Part shown: positions 23,701 to 32,395 of the stretch, in pieces
Numbering within the stretch: position 1 is the first letter of the stretch
Layout: every line of letters starts with the position of its first letter
Origin: Candidatus Bathyarchaeota archaeon
GTDB lineage: Archaea > Thermoproteota > Bathyarchaeia > Bathyarchaeales > Bathycorpusculaceae
Length of the DNA: 64,000 nt
Reading direction: 5' to 3'
Assembly: GCA_963782525.1 (NCBI GenBank)
Contig: CAWAKC010000003.1
Coordinates: 384,001-448,000 of the forward strand
The notes under the pieces: model-generated
The model's input: only the letters and a program-made list of their open reading frames with translations
What the model was told of the DNA's origin: nothing
The model's database searches: none
Made by a program: the position numbers and the translations under genes

Positions 23701-25796
23701 CCGCCTCGCCGTATTATCTTTCATATACACTTCAAGATATGCCTATTTTTAAATTGAATAAGAAAAACCCAGCTTATACTACCCCTCAGACTTTATTTAT
23801 CAACCCTTATGAACCTGAAGTAGCACTTTTCAGACAAAAAGAGTTACTCGAAACGGTTTCAGTCCATGAAGCTCTCTTCAGTCTTGTCCCTGAAACTTGG
23901 ACATTTAGACGTGGAAGAAAACCAAATAAAACTCTTGTAGGAAGGCTAGATTCGCATGACGGCGTACTTTATGCTAAAATGAAAGAAATTAAAGCACAAG
24001 GCAATGAATTCAAAAAGATTAGAGAAAATGTTCCGGCTCCACCAGGATTTCCAGCTGATAACCTTGTACTCTATATGCCTAAAAAACTCACACTTTCACA
24101 ACCATCTGGAAAACATGTTTTCATGAACCTTAGTAAGCAAACCGTCATCGACAGCGATGAAGATGTCTCATACGGAAAAGGTGATGCCCAGTTTGAGGAC
24201 ACCAACAATGAAGAGAACTACAGCGAAGAATCGGTTATAGGTCAGAATAGATCAAAAATACCTGTTAGCTCCCTCGAGCGTTGGGTGCATGTTGTATCAG
24301 ATACAGGGATCCCAATAAACATTAACAACACAAACGAGCAATGCATGGTAATTGAGACATTAGAACCAAAAAGAGGAATAGCTGCAATTGAGTCGATTCG
24401 ACACCCCATCCTAGAAGGAATTCTTAATTGCGTTAAATGGCATGAAAAACTGGACGTTTTTGACTACGTTTGTTCAGTTTCAAGATCCTACAATAACAAA
24501 GTTGCAGGAAACGTCACACTACTATATTTAGACGATGACGGGCGAAACGTAGCCTTTGGTCGATGTTTTCGGACAGAAGGCGTTTCTATCGAGCTAAACT
24601 CAAAATCAGTGGAACAAATCACCCAAAAAGTTAAAAATGAAATACTAAATTTCGACAACAAATGGGCACCGACAATTATAAAAATTTTTCAAGGAATGTT
24701 GAGCTCCATTAAACTTCAAAATGGTCAAGCTATCAGTCCATTCATGATAAAAGACCTAATAGCCGTAATGATATCATCCTCAACCTCTATTGATACGCGG
24801 ACAATTATTAAATTTCCCCAAACTCTCAGAACTCTTATTGATGAAGAACGTTTCAAGGAAGCGGCTCAAGCATATTATCAAAATGCATATTTAATTGGTT
24901 CTGATGATAAAGAAAAAACAAAAAAAGCCCTATCAGAGCGAGACCAACGAGATATTAGTGGGCTGGTCACTAAACTCTTTGATTTCGCAGTTTCTATAGT
25001 GGATTTGATACCCAACATAGAAGAACCTCTAGTGAACTTGATAACTGCCACGCTACTAAACACCTTCGGCATATCCTGCTTATCGGCGCTTCAACAACTT
25101 TGTGGAAGCGAAGAACAAGATATAGGCTACTCAATAGATATGGAAGGCATCCAAAAAGGGCAATACCGTGTTTTTCTCTACGACCGAACAGAACACGGAA
25201 ACGGAAGCAGCGAAACAATACGCAAGTATCTTCACATTCTTAATATCCAAAGACATAATCTTAACAATGAATCAAAACTCTTGCCAACAGAAGATTTCTT
25301 TACACTATTAGAACAGGAATTGCTGCAATGCCCTCAATTTCATGCTGACATAGATGCTTTGGAAAAATTTGAACAAGTACAAAACCATAAAATAGCAACA
25401 GGTATTCCCGAATTAGCCTACATTAGTGAACACTCAGATGAAATTTTACAAGTATGCAAAGAAACATGGAAAAAACTTGGAATAAGAGGAAGAGAAGATG
25501 CATGGATGCTACCTCTGGTGGCGATGGCGCCTGCAAGTTTTGCGGTTGCAAAAGGAATAGAAATTGATGATATTGTTCGGGCAACATCAATTTGTTGGGG
25601 TGGTTGCCCAGAATGCGTAATAAATACTAGTGCAATCATCGGGTTTTTGGGCACGGCATTTGTTGATAAAACTCTTCTCGATGAATGGTTTAAACTAGTT
25701 GAACAAATATTGAAGAGTATAAAACCCTATCAGCAAAAGATATTGCCAACGGAACAAAACGCATTGACATTGGACGACAAACAAGAGTCTGCATAG
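20709..25796 (+). CDS. giant DEAH-box SF2 helicase with C-terminal DUF1998/MrfA-type Zn domain (DpdJ/DrmA-B-like)
   Basis: FSDFQ, AGVGSGKT, DEIH, SAT, SLEVGVD, QKVGRIGR; LYD..GNG and CWGGCPEC. Confidence 0.85.
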   Translation: MMLLLDKRSNWAAIKCLYEYESSKLSKPGSYRRDINEVLWTKGDIFSTLPEITEKELDKIISEMIEKKELMKIQIPGNEDKYVSRVAETVRLLGHNYEYWARGRQGIDSIRWLIEEKKIPDRKIPAQEFINQLTSAVFSEIQLNNSTINLRNAIKIVVQGIAEYFVSSDWTKAKFSDFQLQAATEMILAQFSQKFKPKSQVLIAGVGSGKTVAFSIAMLVSAVEGILTGEKARRSHLFLYPRTALAKDQYKTLSKIVEKIGLQELSVHFEHHSYYDSINKSAKDGIAYVYDKPGCSPSIIITTFETLNRRLRNPLVIRKLSEYLHRVIVDEIHLVEGIPGCQIIKMMDRLQNCCNQQILWTGSSATVASPDVQAATIFNIPRDNLKIIEPTLDQLKTVGLVHHVFMRPTGTLSSLGTLVNSTSILVHNRRDSLHERQENYPKTIGFADNLDILGRWNSDLRENERTEQDRNRKHPENSDPENWSYDRQRDVPYALRFYNPLQRRIFAGKKSSDFEEVSSLLTEENKEICEKCKNGQRINLGTVTQEDLKKLAKVIYREPLKAKDKAKLLLDNKKIFEAESLEIGTLDLCPYLRAGACFWFAKDDLLTQKISQDGPLVYEWRSVARSRIQSSKTNKDTQFEEDLSEIVFTSTLTEVYDLYSDKNKKNTDKKIPIDIVLASPSLEVGVDLQNVTESIMYKAIRNVASYRQKVGRIGREEGSNALNATLISFRPIDLHYYRQPRKIISQAHLDPIPLKEHNSSILSCALYLGTWDYLALKTDLPEVVPKQISNGTTIFTERIKASYEYLTAQKQEIAVHLSRVSRHKITPSDKIITEIIGQVKDELGIFLTKTSGTIEDNRLSCISDMIVHFLNPYSSRVNPPKPSDMKWVKIGAQSYEDLRPHVNSIPIGLSEEFERLDLFASCGWVLLEEIKNIREKIENKIKELDLNGQFRDESRILSKVSLALKDIEAGLEDMRKTGADPIVVYFYEQFDKFKKDHPASPYYLSYTLQDMPIFKLNKKNPAYTTPQTLFINPYEPEVALFRQKELLETVSVHEALFSLVPETWTFRRGRKPNKTLVGRLDSHDGVLYAKMKEIKAQGNEFKKIRENVPAPPGFPADNLVLYMPKKLTLSQPSGKHVFMNLSKQTVIDSDEDVSYGKGDAQFEDTNNEENYSEESVIGQNRSKIPVSSLERWVHVVSDTGIPININNTNEQCMVIETLEPKRGIAAIESIRHPILEGILNCVKWHEKLDVFDYVCSVSRSYNNKVAGNVTLLYLDDDGRNVAFGRCFRTEGVSIELNSKSVEQITQKVKNEILNFDNKWAPTIIKIFQGMLSSIKLQNGQAISPFMIKDLIAVMISSSTSIDTRTIIKFPQTLRTLIDEERFKEAAQAYYQNAYLIGSDDKEKTKKALSERDQRDISGLVTKLFDFAVSIVDLIPNIEEPLVNLITATLLNTFGISCLSALQQLCGSEEQDIGYSIDMEGIQKGQYRVFLYDRTEHGNGSSETIRKYLHILNIQRHNLNNESKLLPTEDFFTLLEQELLQCPQFHADIDALEKFEQVQNHKIATGIPELAYISEHSDEILQVCKETWKKLGIRGREDAWMLPLVAMAPASFAVAKGIEIDDIVRATSICWGGCPECVINTSAIIGFLGTAFVDKTLLDEWFKLVEQILKSIKPYQQKILPTEQNALTLDDKQESA

Positions 25797-26537
25797 AATT
25801 ACCCACAAGAAAAATACGGTCAAGCTCACTTCCATTCACAATAGGCTTCGAAGTAGACAGAGAAATAAAATCCGATCACGCTAACATTTTAGTCCGAGAT
25901 AGTGACATAGCGGGTTTGGCTGTTTTTGAAAAGAAATTTGATGGCTGCTCTCACGGCCTTGAGTTATTAGGATCCATAAGAATAATGTGGTATAACCTAA
26001 TCATGTCAGCTTATCTTGACATGCTCAATGTGCTAAAAAATGAACAAAAAGAAATCTTGCTGGTTTTTTACGATATTCGTGACGTTTCATTCGATGATGT
26101 CGGAATGTCGCCCATGATGCTTAGACGCTATAGATTATTATCATAAGAAATCAGGTTTGCCTGGTTTACTTCGAACACTATCAGACATCTTAACATGGTC
26201 TGCCCAACCAGGTTTTGCCATATCTCTGTGCGTAGATGAAAATCAAGCCAAAGACGAAAACATTGAAGCTTTTCTAGAAAAACTTGCTGCAAAGAAGCTA
26301 TCTAACATAAAGTTAGGACTTAAAGGCTTGCAAGGCACGATGCATAAAAAAGCTCTAGTTTGCCCTACAGGTGCAATTTACGGATCAGCAAACTTGACAT
26401 TTTCCGGAACACAGCATAGCGAAGAAATGCTAAGTTACGCATCCTCAGGAACAGACGAATACAATCAAATTAAACTTAATGTAAAAGACACGTTTCACGG
26501 GATCAAAGAATTTACCACAAAGAAAAAATCCCCATAG
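25705..26537 (+). CDS. PLD-family nuclease domain (DrmC/DpdK-like), probably the frameshifted C-terminus of the helicase
   Basis: HKKALV..GSANLT; alternative frames open continuously from about 25705 through 26146 into 26157-26537. Confidence 0.7.
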
Positions 26538-26759
26538 TTTTCATCTTGTCAAATTACTGATTGAAAGTATCGGAAAAAAGGAAACGGAGTTTACCCGCGG
26601 CAAGAAGTGATGCTGACAATTTACCGCGCACATGAGAGCCTCCGTTACAGTCAAACAACCAAAGATAATGTTTAGAGGTCCGAAGAATAGCAAATCATAC
26701 TAACAAACGCACATACAGTCCAAACACCCTGCACATAAAAAACAAATGAAAAAACCCAA

Positions 26760-27168
26760 TTAACTTTTAAAACCCGAATCTCGCAGGGCTTTCTGGAATT
26801 TGCTTACTACTGTTTCAATATCGGTTAATTCATGTTCCCAGAAACGCAAAACTGTCCAACCTTGAGCTTTGAGTTTTTCCGTCTTCTGTTTGTTCCTTTC
26901 CTTGTTTTTGCAAGTTTGGGGTTCCAGTAAGCTTCATTTGTGTTTATTTTGTGTGAATGTATTGGGCAGCCGTGCCAAAAGCAACCATCAACAAATACTC
27001 CTATTTTTTTGATCAGGAAAAGCAATGTCGATTTTACTCATACCATAGTTTGTTTCAAAATTTAGCCCTTTCGCCAGTAGCGCATCCCTAACAATAAGTT
27101 CAGGTTTGGTGTCTTTTGAGTGGATTGCAGCCATTACTTTGATGTTTTCTGCTTGAAAGATTATCCAT
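26760..27168 (-). pseudogene. vsr: second Vsr endonuclease, frameshifted
   Basis: VMAAIHSKDTKPE, FVDGCFWHGCP, LRFWEHE in differing frames. Confidence 0.85.
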
Positions 27169-27286
27169 ACAAATCTCGTAATAATAACATTATTCAGGGT
27201 ATTAGTTCTATCTCATAAGAAGTTGAATTTACGTCCAATCATTAGTTAGCAAATTATATCTACTACATAGACCCTTTAATTAGGGC

Positions 27287-28498
27287 ATGCAAGCTGCCAG
27301 CCAACCCCCTGTATATATTGATCTCTTTGCTGGTTGCGGAGGAATCTCGCTTGGCTTATGCAATGCAGGCTGGCGAGGACTTTTTGCAATAGAAAAAAGC
27401 CCTTTAGCTTTCACCACATTAAAGCACAACTTGATTGACAAAGAAAATCATTTCGATTCGGCCTTTCATGGCTTCCCGTGACACATCATGATATTACCAA
27501 GTTTTTAAGTACATATGAGAATGAGCTTGAGAATTTACGGGGTTCAGTAGACCTTGTGGTAGGTGGTCCACCGTGCCAAGGTTTTTCTTTCGCAGGAAGG
27601 AGAAATGAAAAAGATAAAAGAAACAAACTTGCAGCCTCATACGTGAAATTTGTTAAAATAGTAAAACCAAAAATAGTATTTTTTGAAAATGTTAAAGGTT
27701 TTACCGTTGGCTTCAAAAGAAGTAATGGGCGAGGGAAGGCATATTCTACCTATGTTGAAGAAAAGCTCCAAGAGTTAGGTTATCATGTCTCAGGCGATAT
27801 TGTTGATTTTTCCAAGTTCGGCATTCCCCAGAGAAGAAAGAGGTTTATACTCGTAGGAATGCTCGATAAAGAATCAAAGGTGTATTTTAGAAAAATTCAA
27901 GAAATTAAAAATGTTTTTCTTAAAAACAAAGGATTAAATGAGGAAGTAACACTTTATGAAGCGCTTTCTGACCTGAGAGCGCAAACATGGGGAAAGACCT
28001 TCAATTGAGAGTTCAAGATTCTGCGAAGGGAATTATGGCAACGCTGATTTTCCTTACCAGAGGTGGATGCGATACCGGATCAAGAAAAGAATTCCTGATA
28101 GTCACAGGTTTGCTAGGCACAACAAGAAAATTGTTGAAAGGTGGGTGGATGTTCTTAAGAATTGCCCCAAAGATGTCCCACTATCGCAAGAGTGGAAAGA
28201 TAAATTTAATCTAAAAAAGAAAAGTATCACTCCGCTTGAATGCAAATCAAATTGCCCTACTCTGACAACTCTACCTGATGACTACATTCACTATTCTGAG
28301 CCAAGAATCTTGACAGTCAGAGAATTTGCGAGAATTCAATCTTTTCCTGATTGGTATGAATTTAAGGGTAAATATACTACAGGTGGTAGTCGGAGGAAAA
28401 GTGGGGTCCCAGATACACCCAGTTTCGCGATGCAGTTCCTTTGTTCGCTGAGTTGTCAGGAGAATTCAGGGCGATCGTCTAATGGACGAGCAACTTAA
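27287..28498 (+). pseudogene. C5 DNA-cytosine methyltransferase, frameshifted
   Basis: DLFAGCGG, GGPPCQGFS, FENV, QRRKR, LTVREFARIQSFPD. Confidence 0.85.
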
Positions 28499-30782
28499 TT
28501 CAGAGTAAGGTCTGCCCTGAAAAACATGATCGGGAAAGAATTAATTACTGATGATTTATTGCCATGTTTGAATTAGTTAAGACGCTTATGACGCCAACTC
28601 AAAGAAAGTGGAAATAGTTTTTAAGGATATCAAAGACGAGCGAAGGAGAAGTAATGCTCGAATTTAAATTTAGGACGAAGGGATGGCATGTCCCTGAACG
28701 ACCTTAAAAACAAATGGTTACTTGTTCGGCTATCGGAAAAAAGAAGATTGAAGAGCTCCTAAAAGAAAAAGTTTACAGGCAAAAATTAGGTGAAAAGAGA
28801 ATTTTTGCAGGAGCGAAAGGTATAGGTCGCTTTTCATGTGACAGATTCGGAAAAAGTAGATTGTCTATTATGACAAACTACCAAGTCAGAGATTAACGTT
28901 TTAATAATCGATTGGACAAAATTAGAACAGAGTTCGATTGCTGAGTTTCAGGACATAGACGTTTCTCACTTCAAACAAAGTACAATTGATAGACGAATAG
29001 CTCCTAAGGGATTAAGCAAAGGAACGATAGTTGAAATTTCGGTCTAAACAGTGTTTGGGATTACAAGAAACTTGTAGGATTAAAACAACATTTACAGCGC
29101 CTAATCAATCCGTCACAAATGGGCGTACAATCAAGATTTCGTCATTTATATCGAAGCGAAGGAGTTCGTAAAGGAGGACGAAAAAAATGCTGAAAAACAT
29201 CCAGACCTCGAACCTGTTAACGGACCAGTTAAGAATTTTGTTTTTGAAAAATTAGGGATTCAAACGACTTGGATAGGCTGTGGTATTGATGACAATGGTG
29301 AAACGTTAACAACTGAACTTTTTGATAAAGATAAGTTCATATTTAGACTTAAAGAAAAAAACGAATATAGCCAGCTAAAGAACATAAACGTAAAACTTTT
29401 TTACTTGAACAAACCTGCAAAATCAACGTTCACAAGGATAATGGGTATCCGTCCAGTTCGTTATGGCTCAATTTTTCTTTACAAGAATGGATTCAGGATT
29501 AGTCCTTACGGCAATGAAAGGGACGATTGGTTGGGACTAAAAGAAGAAAGGGTCAGGGAACCCGTAGGTATCTATCCACAAGAGAGCTTATTGGACGAAT
29601 AGAACTCAACGGTTATCAACCGAGTTTCGTTGAAGTTTCCAGTAGGGATGGCGGCGTCGTTAAGAATCCCCAATTTGATGAGTTGACAAAAAGTTTTTTC
29701 ATGGAAAAAGTCTTGAGGCGTTTAGAACGATATGTGGTGGAAGGTCTTGAGTGGGATAACCCGAGCGCTATAAAAGGTCCAAAAGACCAGAGGCAATAAA
29801 AAGCGATAGCTTGATGATTATTGACCAGATAGTAGGTCAGGTAAAGGATGAAAACAAAGAATTAGAATTTAACAAAGATTTGCTGAAAATTTATGCTGAA
29901 AAGGAAATCGAAAAAGCACCAGAACTCATCAAAAGCATCCAATCCTTGAAGAAATTTGCAAAAACTGAAGAAGACAAAAATCTTATTGACCAACAAGTTA
30001 AGGTGGTAAGCGGGCTATTCAGAAATTTCCAGATTCAAAATCAAGAGCTCCAAGAAGCGTTAAAGCAAAGAGAGAAACAGGTGTTGTTTCTCCAGCGAGT
30101 TACGGATGAGGGCACAAAGGAAATTATAGGTTTACAGCATCACATCAACAATGCGACTAATATAATCAACACTCATCTGAAGAGAATGAGGGACCAAGCA
30201 GAAAACGAAAAGTCTGTTCCAAGCGATTTCATTCTTAATACTTTACAAAAGATAAGTATGCAAACGTTAACAATATCATCAGTCGCTTTATTCGTCACTC
30301 AGGCTAATTTTGATGTAATAGCTTCAAAAACTAAGCAAGATTTGATTATGTTCCTAAAGCAATACATTGAAAATGCCTACGTTATGTTCAACAAGAAAAG
30401 GTTGGATTATGAGGGCATAACTATCAATGTTCACGTTGAGAAATGGACTGAGTTCGTTTACAAATTTAATCCTTTAGATTTTATAATGGTTATCGACAAT
30501 TTGATTAGTAACTCGAGAAAGGCGAAAGCGCATGTTATTGATGTTTACATCATTAAGAAGAATGAAAACGAGTTAGAAATACGAGTCAAAGATGATGGAA
30601 TTGGAATACCATCACAAAACATAGACAAACTTTTCAGTTTTGGGTTTTCAACAACTGACGGAGGCACAGGAATCGGGCTATATCAGGTTAAAAAAATCAT
30701 TGACAAATATGGCGAAATGAAAATCAATAATTCTTTACTTAAAGGAGTGGAGTTCATAATCCAAGTGAGGCGGTCGCTTTGA
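28482..30782 (+). pseudogene. GHKL/MORC-like ATPase fused to histidine kinase, multiple frameshifts in 5' part
   Basis: IGKELITD..FELVK/AYDA, AGAKGIGRFSCDR, NGFRISPYG..DDWLG; C-terminal H-box GLQHHIN, IDNLISNS, DDGIG, GGTGIGL. Confidence 0.8.
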
Positions 30783-31708
30783 ATTACAACATTTTATGGT
30801 TTGATGACAAAGACGATTATATAGAGACTCATGAACCAACACTACGAAACTATTTAAAAGAACTCGGTTTTGATTTAGTAGTTGTTTCCAGAGCAGATGA
30901 CGGAAATCTTGAAGGCGTATTGAAATCCAGTCAACCCGACATAATTCTTATGGATTACTGTTTATCGAAAGGCGATGACGACGAGGATGAAACCAAACTA
31001 ACAGGTGACACAGTAATCAGTAGGATAAGAGACTGCAACCTCGACGTCGAAACCGTTCTTTATTCCAGAGACCCATTGTTTCCAACAAATGTTTCAGAAA
31101 AGCTTGAAGGCGTATGGTTCGCTACTCACACTGAGCTACCTGAAAAAGCAAAAAAAGTTATTTCATTAACTATCAAAAAACAGCAAGAAATTAGTAACAT
31201 TCGTGGGCTGTTTATTGCAGAAGCAATTGACATAGCAAGCGAAATGGAAGAATTAATAATAAAAATACTGAATCTTCAGGCACCTGCGAGAATAGATATT
31301 TTCCGGTCTTATATCATGTATTCCGAGTTTTTCAGTGATTTTGAAAAATACAATTTTATTCAGAATATTTTGAAAGAAAAACAGAAAATATTAAAGGAAA
31401 TTGCCAACGGAAAGTATAGCAAGGCAGAGAAGAAACAAGCTTCAGACCTTCTCCAAATTCTTGACCCATTAATAGCTAAGTACAATAAAATGGAGACCGA
31501 AGTTATCGTACAAAGAAATCAATTGGCACACTCAAAACCTGCACCAGATAACAGTGGACTTATTCACAAAGGCAAAATAATAAAACTCGACGCACCCAAA
31601 TGCAAGAAAATTAGGGATGATTTTCTAGCACACAGGGAAAATATCAAGAAGATTAGCGAAAATATTGAAAAAATATTAGATGTGAATTATCCAGAAACAG
31701 CAGACTAA
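30779..31708 (+). CDS. response-regulator receiver with C-terminal helical HEPN-like domain
   Basis: ILWFDD, IILMDY (phosphoacceptor Asp); C-terminal RNQLAH (RxxxxH). Confidence 0.75.
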   Translation: MNYNILWFDDKDDYIETHEPTLRNYLKELGFDLVVVSRADDGNLEGVLKSSQPDIILMDYCLSKGDDDEDETKLTGDTVISRIRDCNLDVETVLYSRDPLFPTNVSEKLEGVWFATHTELPEKAKKVISLTIKKQQEISNIRGLFIAEAIDIASEMEELIIKILNLQAPARIDIFRSYIMYSEFFSDFEKYNFIQNILKEKQKILKEIANGKYSKAEKKQASDLLQILDPLIAKYNKMETEVIVQRNQLAHSKPAPDNSGLIHKGKIIKLDAPKCKKIRDDFLAHRENIKKISENIEKILDVNYPETAD

Positions 31709-31910
31709 GAATAGTCTCTCGGGAATTACGACAATCTTAAAACATTTACTTCTTTTTGAAAACGTTGCAATAGAAAGAGAGCAAATGAGCTGTTAAAACC
31801 TACTACAGACTGACCTAGATTCACATTCACACATAATTCTATTTAGAGTTGACCGCGAAAACATATACCACAATTTAATTGGATGTAAAACTACAAATTT
31901 AGCTCGTGAA

Positions 31911-32123
31911 ATGGGCTTGAATATTTCAAAGACCTATGAAAACGCTTTAAAATTAGCAATTAGTCGGCTGAGAGGAACAAATGGTGAAACAACGAATGCC
32001 TTACCGCAATTCGGAGCTAATTTTAGTGTGGTGGACCGGACGGGATTTGAACCCACGACTTCCGCGTTGCGAACGCAGTGCTCAAGCTTTTTTACTGGTT
32101 TTCAGTTTGCAATTGTTTTTTGA
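31911..32123 (+). pseudogene. CcdA/RHH-like ORF reading into a tRNA att site (possible N-terminal piece of a split SSV-type integrase)
   Basis: GLNISK..ENALK..I..L motif then VVDRTGFEPTTS from antisense tRNA. Confidence 0.45.
32029..32083 (-). other. 3' two-thirds of tRNA-Ala(CGC), att site
   Basis: Reverse complement GAGCACTGCG-TTCGCAA-CGCGGAAGTCGTGGGTTCAAATCCCGTCCGGTCCACCA; 5' part absent. Confidence 0.8.
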
Positions 32124-32395
32124 GGTTGATTTAGATAAACTTGTGCATAGTTAACCTGATTTGTTATGCCATAAGCCTATACTTCGATTGGTTGAACATA
32201 TTTCGGGAAAGCAACTCTTTTTCCAAATATGTCTTCAAATTGGTTGGGGTTGGTGGTGTGGATTGGATCTATTTTTGCTGGGTTGATTCTCTGTATTAGT
32301 TCTTTGAGTTCGAGTTTTGAGCTCGTCTCGAAACGTATCAGCGTTTGAACGGTCGATGAACTAACAAATCTTAAATTCATTTCTTTACCAATAAC

